Below the pieces are notes generated by a model. The model saw only the letters and a list, made by a program, of their open reading frames with translations, was not told the origin of the DNA and made no database searches. A stretch of DNA of 64,000 nucleotides, from positions 2,400,001-2,464,000 of the forward strand of contig CP086569.2 of NCBI GenBank assembly GCA_009914755.4, read 5' to 3'. This DNA comes from the human T2T-CHM13v2.0 reference genome, Homo sapiens. Below, one piece after another: positions 17,082 through 31,957 of this stretch; the first letter of the stretch is position 1; every line of letters starts with the position of its first letter. The position numbers and the translations under genes were made by a program.

Positions 17082-17737
17082 TTAGTGTCTTGTTGACTGC
17101 TCTTTCGAGTCAGGGAAAGATGTTTAGAACAAGCTATATCTTAAAGAGAAAAGGAAGATTCCTTCTGCCCACTGCAATGAAGTTGTCTGGCTTCATTAGC
17201 CAGTACATTGGTATATGTGTGTGGAGCCCTCGTGACTTGAAGGGCGTGGCATTCCAGTGTTTTCTGCCACCATTGTTCTTAATTCCTTCTTCCAAATCCC
17301 AGCTTCTCCCTCCAAAATAGTTTTAAGACTGACATGCAGAATAAAGTTTCCAAAACTTAAATGAATGGACCAGAAAATCTCAGCCCAGCATCATTGCAAA
17401 TCAATAAAAACTGCACACTCTCATTTAGAAGATTTATTCTTCCATTTGGTAAGTTATAGGCATTTGTTAGTGTCTCTGTGACGTCGTTAGTGGAAATTGC
17501 CTTCTGCTGTTTTCCTTCTGCTTTTTCTGCAGCATCCATTTTTTTTAATGAATGGCATCATTCAATGAAATTGATTGAATTGATTGAGATTTAGGGTTTT
17601 GCTTTCTCGTGATGAGTTTTGGGCCCATTTTTCTTATGCAGAAATAAAACCACTGGCTCCTGAAAGTTGTAGGAACTGTGTCCACGTGAGTGCTCAGGGA
17701 CCTGGGAATGACTTTCTTTTGTCTCTGTCTCCCACAG

Positions 17738-17763
17738 TTCAGCGTACTCTTTTAGAGAAATAG
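17738..17763 (+). CDS. CD99: CD99 terminal coding segment (V)QRTLLEK-stop; coding part of the last exon
   Basis: Acceptor gtctctgtctcccacag|tt. g|tt cag cgt act ctt tta gag aaa tag gives VQRTLLEK*, the CD99 C-terminus. Confidence 0.95.
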
Positions 17764-18272
17764 AAGATTGTCGGCAGAAACAGCCCAGGCGTTGGCAGCA
17801 GGGTTAGAACAGCTGCCTGAGGCTCCTCCCTGAAGGACACCTGCCTGAGAGCAGAGATGGAGGCCTTCTGTTCACGGCGGATTCTTTGTTTTAATCTTGC
17901 GATGTGCTTTGCTTGTTGCTGGGCGGATGATGTTTACTAACGATGAATTTTACATCCAAAGGGGGATAGGCACTTGGACCCCCATTCTCCAAGGCCCGGG
18001 GGGGCGGTTTCCCATGGGATGTGAAAGGCTGGCCATTATTAAGTCCCTGTAACTCAAATGTCAACCCCACCGAGGCACCCCCCCGTCCCCCAGAATCTTG
18101 GCTGTTTACAAATCACGTGTCCATCGAGCACGTCTGAAACCCCTGGTAGCCCCGACTTCTTTTTAATTAAAATAAGGTAAGCCCTTCAATTTGTTTCTTC
18201 AATATTTCTTTCATTTGTAGGGATATTTGTTTTTCATATCAGACTAATAAAAAGAAATTAGAAACCAAGTAC
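17764..18272 (+). other. CD99: CD99 3' UTR (end approximate)
   Basis: Unique non-repetitive sequence following the stop codon. The aataaa signal at 18246-18251 is followed by a T-rich stretch, and the implied length of about 500 nt fits a ~1.2-kb CD99 mRNA. Confidence 0.6.
18246..18251 (+). terminator. CD99: Probable CD99 polyadenylation signal AATAAA
   Basis: aataaa about 485 nt after the stop codon. An alternative attaaa lies at 18166-18171. Confidence 0.5.
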
Positions 18273-18473
18273 TTTTTTTTTTTTACTTAAATATTTTGCC
18301 GTGGGTGGATGTTAAAGAAGGCCGTGGTAATTTACAGGATGGGTTCCAAGTTCTCTTCTTCTGGGGCTTTAAGGCAGATTTCCAGCCTAAATGCTAGCTC
18401 TTTATTTCCAAAATGTCCTTGTTGGGCTCTTTTCCTTTCCCGTGTCCTGCCACATCGGGATGGGTACTCTTCT

Positions 18474-18650
18474 GCACCCAGATACTCCCAGCCAGATACT
18501 CTCCTCCATCCAGATACTCTGTTTCCAGATACTCTCCCTGCAGCTAGTTATCCCCTTGAGTCCAGATGCTGCCTGCTTCCAGATACTCCTCTGTATCCAG
18601 ATACTCCTCTAAATCCAGGTACTCCCTACATCCAGATACTGTACTTCCTA
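18474..18650. repeat. Degenerate minisatellite of 12-14-bp period, (ccagatactcyyy)n, about 13 copies
   Basis: cccagatactcccagccagatactctcctccatccagatactctgtttccagatactctccc ... atccagatactgtacttcc. Lies 200 bp 3' of the CD99 poly-A site. Confidence 0.8.
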
Positions 18651-18973
18651 AGATGTACAAGATGTACCGCATTTTCCCAACACTGAAGACTTGACCACAG
18701 CTTAAGTGGGTTGGTTAAATACATTATGGCCCAGATTGCAATGGATCTTCTGCCTTGTTAAAAAGAATGAATGAGTCAAGGGTCTTTTTGTTTACTGACA
18801 CTGCCTAGCATGTATTGAAGCTCAGTAAACACTTGCAGAATAAATCACAGAAAAGCCTCTCTCCTTAAGAAGTTAAGAGATTGGCTCTGATACCAACAAC
18901 TACCATACTATTCCAAATACTATTATTTCAAAAATTTATAAAGTATTTTATTCTATGTTCTATTAGCCATTAA

Positions 18974-19285
<312 letters not shown>

Positions 19286-19597
19286 TAAGTAACTTTTTAA
19301 TCATCATTCCCAAAATCATAGGACTTTCTTTACATAGAAGTTCCAAAATAATGAAACAAAAGACTTGTTTTACCCAGGTATTTAATGATCCAACAAGCCG
19401 TATAATTTAAACTCTATTTTTCAAGTAACCCACTTTCAATAAAATCATGTTTATTTTTATGTCCATGAGAAATTAAAATCAGTCATCTACAAAGATGGAC
19501 ATCCACCCTCCACAAAAAAATAAGTCTTGTTGACACATTTCTTGGAAGTATAGATTTATTTATAAGTAAGCCCTAATTTGACATATCTAAAAAAATA

Positions 19598-19634
<37 letters not shown>

Positions 19635-19635
19635 A
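19598..19635. repeat. Poly-T homopolymer of about 36 nt
   Basis: Visible T run. Confidence 0.9.
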
Positions 19636-21126
19636 TTCTTCTTTTTACTCTTCTGCTTCTTGTTTAATGAGCCATTTCTGTGGATAGTATGATTACAATG
19701 AGCCATTTGTGTGGATGGTATGATTATAATACTTACAAAAATGTCAGTGTTATTCATAGAATGACAACAGATTTAATGCATTTTTTCTTTTTTTTATTCT
19801 AAAGTTAGTCAATGTGAAGAATCTGACCTCAAAGACAATTCTTGATAATTCATTGGGGAGGACTAGAAACACCACCCTCTAACTTTATAACGTGTCATTG
19901 GTCACTCAGCAAAGCGGCCAGGCATGCTGGTTTATCCAGCTTTCAGCCCTTGAAGATTCACCAGACTAAGGATTAAGTGAAAAAGAATATCTGCCACCTA
20001 CTTCACTGAGGCGTAAACAGTCCCTATAGATCAATGAGAAAAGGACCCAACACCCGTATAAAAACAAAGGGCAATTCACATGTTTTCCAGAAATGGAACG
20101 CAGATGATTTTATGAAGATAGCCCATTTGATGTCGTTTTTCAACTAAGAGATTGGCAATAATCAGAAAGTTTGTAGGGCTCTTAGGAAACAGATCTGAGA
20201 CATCATGTAAGTCCTGGGCATTTGCGAAACTTCTATGGGGAATGGACTGACAGTGTCCTTAAACAATTAAACATGCACATCCGTGGTCGGCCCCCTCAAG
20301 GGTGGAGAGGATGAGGCATTTGTGATGTCTCAATACATCCTGGAGAATCTAGAAGGTCACCTCCACACACCTGCACCACAGGTGGCATCCTATAGGTATT
20401 TGCTAAAGGAAGCAATGAAAGGGTAAGATAAATAACCAAGAGGTGCCCGCCACTGTGTTCACCCAATTTTACATACTCCAAGTTATCACTAGTGTCAAAA
20501 TCAGAAGAAATAACTCCAATGCCAGAAAAAGCCAGCTGGCTGTGCCCTTCAATATCCTGAGAATGATGGGATGTGAAAAGGTGTCGAATCCTCAACAGCA
20601 GGGAGACTGCTTGGATGACTCCCACCCAGAACTGAAATTGAAGGCGGAGTTTCTGAGCTTAGAAAGGGGAAAGACCCAGCATTTATGACTGACTCCTTCA
20701 TCCAACCTCTTTCCCCAAATCAGACGATTTTTGACATGGGTATGGTAACACCATACGTTTGCATAGAGAGATTCATGGGAAGCCTAGCTGCTGTGACGTG
20801 CAGCAGTCAGTTTTTAACACCATCATCAGTGGCGAAATGAAACATTCCCTTGAAATCGCCTTTCTCTGGATGACTATTTAAACAGCTTCACGTTAGCCTG
20901 CCTGTGCGACTGAGGACGTACTGATGATATCCTCATTTTCCGGTGGAGGAAAGTTTATGACGTCAATCCCATTCCGAATATCAGGACTTTAAATCTCTAT
21001 GATGTTAGCACAAAATGCAAGTGGAGCCCTCTCCAAGCTTTCATAGAGCCATGTATTTTGGAAGCCTTAATGGGGAGACAGTTCTCAATGTGGAAAAGTT
21101 GTCATGTATCGCAGAGAAGAGAACAG

Positions 21127-21275
21127 ACCACCATGCCCAGCTAATATTTGTATTTTTAGTAGAGACGGGGTTTCAACATGTTGGCCAGGATGGTCTCGAT
21201 CTGTTGACCTCGTGATCTGCTCACCTCGACCTACCAAAATGCTGGGATTTCAGGCGTGAGCCACCGCGCTGGGCC
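21127..21275 (-). mobile_element. Alu left-arm fragment (reverse)
   Basis: accaccatgcccagctaatatttgtatttttagtagagacggggtttcaacatgttggccaggatggtctcgatctgttgacctcgtgatc ... ggcgtgagccaccgcgctgggcc. Confidence 0.8.
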
Positions 21276-21447
21276 CAATACATCTCTTTTCTTAGTTGAC
21301 TTCTTTTGTATCTCTTCATAGCCTTTTCATATTTTTATATTGATTTGTATCTTTCATTTTTTATATATTTAAACTACCTACTTATGTTAATTCTGTGCCA
21401 TGGTAACTTCCTTAATTCATGATTCATATGGGCATACATACAGTCAT

Positions 21448-22075
<628 letters not shown>

Positions 22076-22392
22076 TGGGTATTAAATTCAATCAAGTGTT
22101 TTCTTGGGATGCATCATGCTGACTATGGTTTTCTACTTTGACCTGTTAATATGGTGAATTAAATATAATGACATATCATCGATCATCCTTCAATCCAATC
22201 TTATTTGGTGTTACACTTTAGTTTTGTTATTTTCTTTAGGATTATTGTGTCAATATTCAAAAGTCAAATTCATGTGTGTTATATGTTTGCATGTAATATA
22301 TTTCAATATTGTGCTTTCTTCATACATACATTTTGGTAGATTTTCTTCTTTCTCTTGTGGAAAATCTGATTGGCTAAAGTTTTCTGGGCATG

Positions 22393-22394
22393 GG

Positions 22395-22447
<53 letters not shown>
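22393..22447. repeat. (GT)n microsatellite of about 27 units
   Basis: tgtgtgtg... run. Confidence 0.95.
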
Positions 22448-22449
<2 letters not shown>

Positions 22450-22489
22450 AGAGGGGGCAAAGGGTTTTTGTTTCTTTCTGATGGAGAGA

Positions 22490-22783
<294 letters not shown>

Positions 22784-23415
22784 TGGGAAATGAATTTTTA
22801 AAAAAAAAACTTTATGTATTTCTACTTCTTCATTGGAAAGTCATTCGTATTTACTTAAGTTTTCAAATATCACAGTGCAGATTAGAACAAAGTAGTTGTT
22901 TATAATTCTTCCACATCCTCCAAGTGTATGGAGAAGCTCGCATTCTTCTTGTTTTGTGCTGTCATTATTTTAGTTTGTTATCTTCGTCTACTTTAGTTTT
23001 CTCAGATAATGTTTAAATTATTTGGCAAATCATTTCTCAATTTTCAATGCATTAATTTCCTCCACCTGCTTTTCTGGAGTTTCATGTGATACCCACTCTC
23101 CCCACACAGGATGACTTCTCGAGTTGAATGTTCATTCCATTTATTTTCATTCTTTCTTGCTTAATGTTGTAAACAGGCGAGGTTCTAACTTTTCATCTGT
23201 GTACTACAAGCTCTCAAGTTCTTTCATGGGGAGTTTGTATCATGGTCATTTTCTAGTATTTAGCATTTTCAGCTTTTGTTTCCTGTCAACTCAACATTAA
23301 AAGTTTTTTAAAACGTCCGGGTGATATTGTTGCTTTGTTTGCTTTCCTGGTTTCATTATCCATTTTCAATTTTGCTGCTGTGAATTTGCACCGTCTCCTT
23401 GGGGAGTGATTTGGC

Positions 23416-23869
23416 TGTATATTAGTCAGCGTTCTCTAGAGGGACATAACTAATGGAATATATATATACACACAAAGGGGAGTTTATTAAATATTAACTC
23501 ACACGATCACAAGGTCCCACAATAGGCCATCTGCAGGCTGAGGAGCAAGGAGAGCCAGTCCCAGTCCCAAAACTGAAGAACTTGGAGTCCAGTGTTTGAG
23601 GGCAGGAAGCATCCAGCACGGGACAGAGATGTAGGCTGGGAGGGTAGGCCAGTCTCTCTTTTTGCATTTTTTTGCCTGCTTTATATTCTAGCCTTGATGG
23701 CAGCTGATTAGATTATGCCCACCCAGATTAAGGGCGGGGGGCCTGCCTTTCCCAGCCCACTGACTCACATGGTAATCTCCTTCGGCAACACCCTCACAGA
23801 CACACCCAGGATCAATACTTTGTGTCAATCAATCCAATCAGGTTAACAGTCAGTATGAACCATCACAGG
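23416..23869 (+). mobile_element. LTR-like interspersed repeat with TGT...ACA termini, copy 1; family not assigned with certainty (possibly a MaLR MLT1-type LTR)
   Basis: tgtatattagtcagcgttctctagagggacataactaat ... gattagattatgcccacccagattaagggcgggg ... cacagacacacccaggatcaatactttgtgtcaatcaatccaatcaggttaacagtcagtatgaaccatcaca. About 80% identical to the copy at 31519-31957. Confidence 0.6.
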
Positions 23870-24077
23870 CAGTGTCTACAAGCAATGAAACATGCACACA
23901 CCTTTCTACCTAATTCCTGCCCATTCCTGACCAACGCTCCTAAGAAAGGAATAGATTTGATTTTTTTCTTGATTTTATATCTTAAAAACCTGTTGTATCC
24001 ATGTCTGTATGTGTGCCAGGGTGAATCACAAAGTCAGGAAGTTAGTGTGACGCAGAATAAGAATATCTTTATTCTTT

Positions 24078-24388
24078 TATTTTTTATTACTTTTTATTTT
24101 GTTTTTGAGACAGAGTCTTACTCTGTCCCCCAGGCTGGAGTGCGGTGGCCTGATCTAAGCTCACTACAACCTCCACCTCTCCGGTTCAAGTGATTCTCCT
24201 GCCTCAGCCTCCCAAGTAGCTGGGATTACAGGCACATGCCACCACACCCGGCTAATTTTTGTATTTGTAGTAGAAATGTGGTTTCACCATGTTGGCCAGG
24301 CTGGTCTCAAACTCCTGACCTCAGGTGATCCATCCGCCTCGGCCTCCTAAAGTGCTGGGATCGCAGGTGTGAGCCATCATGCGTGGCC
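24078..24388 (-). mobile_element. Alu (reverse) with a TSD
   Basis: T-rich followed by gagacagagtcttactctgtcccccaggctggagtgcggtggcctgatc ... gcaggtgtgagccatcatgcgtggcc. TSD agaatat(c)tt(t)att. Confidence 0.9.
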
Positions 24389-24853
24389 TAGAATATTCTT
24401 ATTTCCAATTTTACAGCAACAGAATGTCTTCTGTCTTGTTTCTACTTTAAAAAAACAGTTTGCTAAAGCTTTCTTTGTAGTGCAGTTGTGAATTTTCAGG
24501 AGCATCCCATGAACATTGAAAAGGAGATGCATTCACGCTTTTTAAGGTTATCGAGGATGTGAAAATTAAAGTCGGCTTTGTAAATTCTGCCATGTCTGTG
24601 AGCTCCCAGCATTTGATCAGCTGAGGCTTCGAGCGGTGAAGTAGAGTGCTTTTCCCCTAACGTGCTCTGATCTGGAGCCTGCGTGTATTACCGCTGGGCA
24701 CACGGCCTGCCCTGACCATACTTTAGTGAAGCAGAGGTGATAAAACTGGGTTTCCCAGGACTCCTGCAACACACAGCTTTGATGTCGGCAAACTAGAACC
24801 CGGGAGCCAAATCTGCCCACGGTGTGTTTTTGTACAGCTTTCGAGGTAAGAAT

Positions 24854-25165
24854 TTTTTTGTATTATTGTCGTTATCGTTGTTTTGAGATGGCGTCTTACT
24901 CCGTCGCCCAGGCTGGAGTCCAGTGGCATGATCTCGGCTCACTGCAACCTCCGCCCCTGGGTTCAAGCGATTCTCCTGCCTCAGCCACCTGAGCAGCTGG
25001 GACTACAGGCATGCACCACTATGCCCGGCTACTTTTTGTATTTTCAGTAGAGACAGGGTTTCACCATGTTGGCCAGGTTGGTCTCGAACTCCTGGCCTCA
25101 AGTGATCTGCCTGCCTCTGGCTCTCAAAGTCCTGGGATTACAGACATGAGCCACGGTGCCCAGCC
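24854..25165 (-). mobile_element. Alu (reverse)
   Basis: tttttttgtattattgtcgttatcgttgttttgagatggcgtcttactccgtcgcccaggctggagtccag ... cagacatgagccacggtgcccagcc. Confidence 0.9.
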
Positions 25166-25566
25166 AAGAATGGTTTTTACATGTCTGAATAATTTTCAAA
25201 ACTCCAAAGAACAATAATATTTTGTGATGCATGAAAATTATGTGACACTCAAGTTTTTATGTTCATAAAGTCCACTTGGCGCACAGACATTGGTTACATA
25301 TTGCAGCAGAATCCATATGGTTTGCAAACATAAATGCCTTTACTATCTGACCTTCTGCAGAAAAGCTTGTCTACTCTTGCCTCAAGAAGCATGTAAAATA
25401 CTTACAACACTGGCACGTTAGGCATGCTGGAAATCGTAGCAATTATTTTGCACCTTCACTACATCTGAGAGGATTTCCTGAACTTAACCATTTAACCTAA
25501 CTCCTCACTACCTTTTGGGAAACATTTTTTTTATTAAGGTGAAATTCACAAATCATAGAATTAACC

Positions 25567-25826
25567 TTTTTTTTTTTTTTGACCCGGAGTCTCTGTCACC
25601 CAGGCTGGCGTGATCTCATCTCACTGCAACCTCTGTTTACCGGGTTCAGGCAATTCTCGTGCCTCAGCCTGCGAAGTAGTTGGGATTACAGGCAGTCACC
25701 ACCACATCTGGCTAATTTTTGTATTTTTAGTAGAGATGGGTTGCATCATGTTGGCCAGGCTGGTCTTGAACTCCTGACCTTAGGTGATCCACCCGCCTCA
25801 GCCTCCCAAAGTGCTGGGATGACAGG
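25567..25826 (-). mobile_element. Alu (reverse, 5' partly deleted)
   Basis: T14 followed by gacccggagtctctgtcacccaggctggcgtgatctcatctcactgcaacctc ... cccaaagtgctgggatgacagg. Confidence 0.85.
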
Positions 25827-26052
25827 AGAATTCACCATTTTAAAGTGAACAATTCAGGTTGCTTGCTGCTTTCACAGTGTTTTGTGGCCACCACTTCTAC
25901 CTAGTTCCAAGATATTTTCACTGCCCCCAAAAGAAATCCCATTAGCAGCTGTTTTTTATATTGGCTTCCTGGGGCTGCCATAAAAACATGCTTCAAACTA
26001 GGTAGGGGGCTTAAAAAACAGACAGTTAAGCTGTCACAGTTCTGGAGCATAG

Positions 26053-26656
<604 letters not shown>

Positions 26657-26850
26657 TAGAATGGATTCCATGCCCCTCCCATTGCGTCCAGTGGTTTGCT
26701 GCCAATATCCCTTGGCTTGTAGGTGCATCACCCCAATCTCCCACTTCATGTTCCCAAGGCCTTCTCCCTGTGTGCATGTCAGTGTCCAGATTTCTCTCTT
26801 CTTTTAAAATACCAATCATATTGCAGTATGACCTCATCTTAACTAATGAT

Positions 26851-27232
26851 TAGGTTGGTGCAAAAGTAATTGCAGTTTTCACCTTCAAAAGTAATGGCGA
26901 GGAGCTGGGCACGCTACCTCACGCCTGTAATCTCAGCACTTCGAGAGGCCGAGGTGGGCGGATCACAAGGTCAGGAGTTCGAGACCAGCCTGGCCAACAT
27001 GGTGAAACCCCGTCTCTACTAAAAATGCAAAAATTAACCAGGTGTGGTGGTGCACGCCTGTAATTCCAGCTACTCAGGAGGCTGAGGCAGAAGAATCACT
27101 TGAACTCAGGAGGCAGAAGTTGCAGTGAGCTGACATCACGCCACTGCATTCCAGCCTGGGTGACAGAGCAAGCCTGTGTCTCAAAAAAAAAAAAAAATTA
27201 ATGGTGAAAACTGCAATTACTTTTGCACCAAA
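26851..27232. mobile_element. Second MADE1 MITE, split near its centre by a full Alu (26897-27197, + orientation)
   Basis: Left half taggttggtgcaaaagtaattgcagttttcaccttcaaaagtaatggc, right half attaatggtgaaaactgcaattacttttgcaccaa. The insert is gaggagctgggcacgctacctcacgcctgtaatctcagcacttcgagaggccgag ... + A15. Confidence 0.8.
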
Positions 27233-27654
27233 GTAATACATCTGCAAAGATCTTATCTCCAAAGAAAGTCACATTCTGAAGTACTGAAGGGTTGGGCTTC
27301 AATATATGAAGTTTGCGGGAGAAAAAATGCAACTCATAATATATCCATTCCCACGTCTTTCCAGCCCCTGGCAACCGGCAATGTGCTTTCTGTCTCTGCA
27401 GATTTGCCTGTTCTGGACATTTCAGAGAAATGGAATCCTACACAATGCGTTCTTCTGTGTCTGTTTTCTCTAACTCAGCATCCAGTTTTTGACGTCCATC
27501 CACTTTGTAGCAGATGTCACGGTGTCAGTCCTCTTTAGGGTCAGGGGACTTTGAAGGAAATATCTTTCTAAATGCATCAACTGCTTCCTGGACTCTGCCA
27601 CTCAGAGCTTAGGACTGCACAAGCTAACTGCCTTAGAGCATTTCCCCCATATGC

Positions 27655-27772
27655 ACACACACACACACATGAACACACATGCACACGCACACATGCACAC
27701 GCACACATGCACACGCACACACGCACACACGCACGCACACACAGACAGACACGTGCACACACACACACACCT
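27655..27772. repeat. Compound (CA)n/(CACG)n/(CAGA)n microsatellite
   Basis: cacacacacacatgaacacacatgcacacgcacacatgcacacgcacacacgcacacacgcacgcacacacagacagacacgtgcacacacacacacac. Confidence 0.9.
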
Positions 27773-27828
27773 GTGTGCACAGGAACTTAATCCATCCAAG
27801 TAACTTACCTTTATAAAGATGTTGCAGT

Positions 27829-28119
27829 CCAGGCGCGATGGCTCACACCTGTAATCCCAGCACTTTGGGAAGCCGAGGCAGGTGGATCACTTGAGGTCAA
27901 GAGTTCAAGACCAGCCTGGCCAATGCAGTGAAACCCTGTATCTACTAAAAATACAGAAATTAGCCGGGTGTGGTGTCGGGTGCCTGTAATCCTAGCTACT
28001 CGGGTGGCTGAGGCAGGAGAATCACTTGAACCTGAGAGGCGGAGGTTGTAGTGAGTTGAGATCACACCACTGCACTCCAGCCTGGGCAACAGAGTGAGAC
28101 TCTGTCTCAAAAAAAAAAA
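27829..28119 (+). mobile_element. Alu
   Basis: ccaggcgcgatggctcacacctgtaatcccagcactttgggaagccgaggcaggtggatcacttgaggtcaag ... gagactctgtctc + A11. Confidence 0.9.
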
Positions 28120-29099
28120 GGAAGATATTTCATAGAAGACAACTCCCAAACACCAGGTCAACAACATGAACAGACTTAACACTCCAGATGCTCAAATTTG
28201 CAGAGAGAAAAGTCCAAGGTTTATTTCTCCTTTTGGGTCTGTTTGCCATGAATCCTGCTTCTCTGGGAATTTAGAAGCTGCCCTCATAACTAAGACTGAT
28301 TTTCCCCTTTCTCCTGCAGTTAATCTATTTACCAGAGGACTTCAAAGCTGTTTGCAAATGGTAACTTTTTAAGTGCTTGCCTACTGCTTCATGGTAGGTA
28401 GAGTGTAAGGGTTAACCCACGAGTTGTATATGGATAAATTAGACACACTCACAGATCTGCAGGGAAGAATATAATTAAAACCATTGTGAAAGCAGGAGTC
28501 ATCATCGAACTCAGCTATCCAGTCATGTTTCTTCTCCAAGGAGATTTCAAACAGAAGATGTAAATTTTGGTAGTTACATAAAATGTCTCAGATTTAAATG
28601 AAAGACACAAAAAGCCACATGTCATCTCCTTTTCCTGAACAACCGTCTCTGCTGAAATATTAGTTCTGCCACCTACAAAGACAACTGAAGGCTGAGGATA
28701 AAAAATGCCTCTTGGAAGTCACTGAGTTTGTTAGGTATAAAAGCCAAGACTTCAACTGAGGTCTTTGCACTGATGTGTACATTAACCCCACACTGGGTAT
28801 CACTGTACAATCATGTCCTGCAGGAGGAAGATTACAGGCGGCCAGTGTCTTCTCTGGTTTCTGGGTTGGTGACTTTGAACTTGCTACAGCTCCCACACCC
28901 GCAGCGAGCAGAGTTGCCAAGCAAGTGTGCCGGCTTCCAGAAGCCTGAGATGCCCATTGGTGCTTGGGAACCACCCCAGTTTCCCCATCGTCTGTGCTGC
29001 TGCAGATTGGTTGGGGCAGCCCGGGGAGGCTGGCTCCGACACACGACTGAGTGTGCCTACACTGGTCCCACAGGTTTTCAGCTGTGGAGTTTGGGATCT

Positions 29100-29275
29100 G
29101 AGCTTGGAGCCCATTTGTTTCTGGCAGTTCCGCTCATATTTTCCACTTGAAGACATCGCCTCCCTTCCTTCCAAGCTGGGAGACCAGAAGTCAACAACAG
29201 GAGGGTGGAGAGGCCGGGTCTCACAATCCGCTTGGCTGGGGAGTCCACTGAGGTTCTTGCATCCTGAAGCAAACC
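29100..29275 (+). promoter_or_regulatory. XG: Presumed XG 5' UTR / core promoter region (limits uncertain)
   Basis: Unique sequence immediately upstream of the XG initiator ATG. No TATA box or CpG island is obvious, and the placement is by position only. Confidence 0.25.
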
Positions 29276-29336
29276 ATGGAGAGCTGGTGGGGACTTCCCT
29301 GTCTTGCGTTCCTGTGTTTTCTAATGCACGCCCGAG
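29276..29336 (+). CDS. XG: XG (Xg blood group / PBDX) exon 1 coding part, signal peptide MESWWGLPCLAFLCFLMHAR(G). On the Y this is the first exon of the truncated XGY2/XGPY locus.
   Basis: ATG at 29276 in a reasonable Kozak context (aaaccATGg) and donor cga g|gtaagagg. The translation matches the XG N-terminus MESWWGLPCLAFLCFLMHARG. Confidence 0.9.
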
Positions 29337-30582
29337 GTAAGAGGCATTTTGCTTTGAGGGAGATCTGCCTGGGCATGGATTTTTCTATTCTTGCTTTAAG
29401 AAACTCTTTCCAAAGGAGTTGCTATGAAGTGAATGGGGATAATTTGCCCAATGGGATTAGAAAGGAGACTAAGAGCGATGGGTGGCTGAGAGGGGAGGGA
29501 GAAGACGGGCTGCTCCCATTTGGAATCTGGGAATTAGATCCAGAAGGGCAGTATGTTAGCTGATACCATCTAGATATTCGCCATATTTTCCTGTTTTGAT
29601 CCATGTGTCCCAAGCGTTTAAAAAATGACCTATTTAACTCCATGATTCAAGCATGACTGGGTGTGTGTGGAATGTCAGTCATTTCTTTCTGATTTTAAAA
29701 ATTAGTTCTGACCATTTCCATACAGTAAAAGTAGAGTTGAAACTACTTCATCCCGTGGGGCAGATTACCAGAGATTCGTTTGCCGGAAGGGTTGCATTTA
29801 TTCAGATTTTTAAATCTTTTCCTAAACACTGTCATTCATTCTTGCAAATTAAAACCACCTGAATTGTTCACATCAAAAACTTCGATATAAACTTGCAGGC
29901 TGGCTGTCCCAGATCCAAGATTAGATTTTTCAGTTCCGTACGAGGACCTCTTTAAGAAACTCCAATGAACTCATAAAGTACAGGATTTGAACAACGGTTG
30001 AGTAAGTTTCTTTGGTCATTTTCATGTGGCGATTTCAGAGAAGGGAACACCTGGGCGCATCTTAAGAGAGAGAAGTATTTCTGTTAGGAGTTAAAACACA
30101 TCATTCAGATGTCCCTGTGGCAGCATTTCCTGTTTATCCTATTTAAAGACATGGACGTCATTAAGATTGGAGTTGGTTGTTTATGGGCGGAGGCGGTGTC
30201 GGGATGGATAGATCCTGGTGGACATAGTCTAGGATCTGCAGTGAGAATTTTTTATTATTCTGTGCTGTCTTCAGATCTCACCTAGTAAGTGGACAATGTG
30301 GCCATGCATTCATTAGCTTCTGTTTACAGGGAGATGTTCAACAGTAAACCCACCTCCCCAGAAAAGTACTTCCAGGAGTTTGTATCATTCACAGTAAGAG
30401 CCAAAGGTTAACCATATCCCCTTGGGCAAATCAACTTCTACAAAGTGCGGATACAGACAGTTCCCAACTTACCATGGTTTGACATGATGGTTCAATTTAA
30501 GATTTTTCAACTTTACAACGGTGTAAAATTGGTATGCATTCAGTACAAACGAAAACTGTACTTTGAGTACCCATACAACTTT

Positions 30583-30886
30583 TCTTTTTTTTTTTTGAGA
30601 TGTCGTGTCGTTTCATTCTGTTGCCCACGCTGGAGTGCAGTGACACAATCTGAGCTCACTGCAACCTCCACCTCCTACGTTCAAGCAATTCTCCTGCCTC
30701 AGCATCTCAAGTAGCTGGGATTATAGGCGCCCACCACCACACCCAGCTAATTTTTCTATTTTTAGTAGAGACTGGGTTTCACCATGTTGGCCAGGCTGGT
30801 CTTGAATCTTGACCTCTGGTGATCCACCGGCCTCCCAAAGTGCTGGGATTATAAATGTGAGCCACCATGCCCGGCCCCATACAGCC
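30583..30886 (-). mobile_element. Alu (reverse)
   Basis: T-run followed by gagatgtcgtgtcgtttcattctgttgcccacgctggagtgcagtgacacaatctgagctcactgcaacctcc ... aaatgtgagccaccatgcccggcc. Confidence 0.9.
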
Positions 30887-31109
30887 ATTCTGTTTTTCAC
30901 TTTCAGTACAATATTCAATAAATTATGTGAGGTATGCAACACCTCATTATAAAGTTGACTGTGTGCTAGATGATTTGTCCATCCGTTGGCTGATGAAAAG
31001 TGTTCTGAGCACTCTGAAGGCAGGTAAGGCTAAGCTATGGCGTTTGGTAGGGTAGTTGTATTAAATGCACTTACAACATAAAATATTTTCTTTTTTTTAA
31101 TGTGTTTTA

Positions 31110-31419
<310 letters not shown>

Positions 31420-31518
31420 TGACGGCAGCACTTCCTATGCACTAGGCATGGATTAACTTAGTTGATTGTCCCTCAGCCCTATGACGGGAGTGTCGTGCCT
31501 GATGTCATTTTACAGATG

Positions 31519-31957
31519 GTGTATTAGTCAGGGTTCTCTAGAGGGACAGAACTAATGCAATAGAAATATATATAGAGAGAGGAGTTTATTAAGTATTAAC
31601 TCATATGATCACAAGGTCCCACAACAGGCCGTCTGCAGGCTGAGGAGCAAGAAGAGCCAGTCCAGGTTCCAAAACTGAAGAACTTGGAGTCTGATGTTCC
31701 AGCATCCACCATGGGAGAAAGATGTAGGCCAGAAGACTAGGCCAGTGTCTCTTTTCACATTTTTCTGCCTGCTTATATTCTAGCCACAGCGGCAGCTGAT
31801 TAGATGGTGCCCACCCAAATTGAGGGTGGGTCCGCCCCTTCCAGTCCACTGACTCAAATGTTAATCTCCTTTGGCAACACCCTCACAGACACACCCAGGA
31901 TCAATACTTTGTATCCTTCAATCCAATCAAGTTGACATTCAGTATTAACCGTCACAG
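31519..31957 (+). mobile_element. LTR-like interspersed repeat with TGT...ACA termini, copy 2 (same family and orientation as 23416-23869)
   Basis: tgtattagtcagggttctctagagggacagaactaatg ... gattagatggtgcccacccaaattgagggtgggtcc ... cacagacacacccaggatcaatactttgtatccttcaatccaatcaagttgacattcagtattaaccgtcaca. Confidence 0.6.

Noticed and set aside
19900-21100. About 1.2 kb of repeat-free sequence with a 109-aa ORF (20296-20625, -), considered as a possible exon or ancient transposon ORF
   Set aside because: No splice-site structure or recognisable protein similarity from memory. It is probably unique intergenic DNA or a degraded ancient repeat, and cannot be supported without a database search.
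29276-29563. 95-aa ORF starting at the XG ATG
   Set aside because: Only the first 61 nt (MESWWGLPCLAFLCFLMHAR) are coding. The remainder reads through the gtaaga donor into intron 1.
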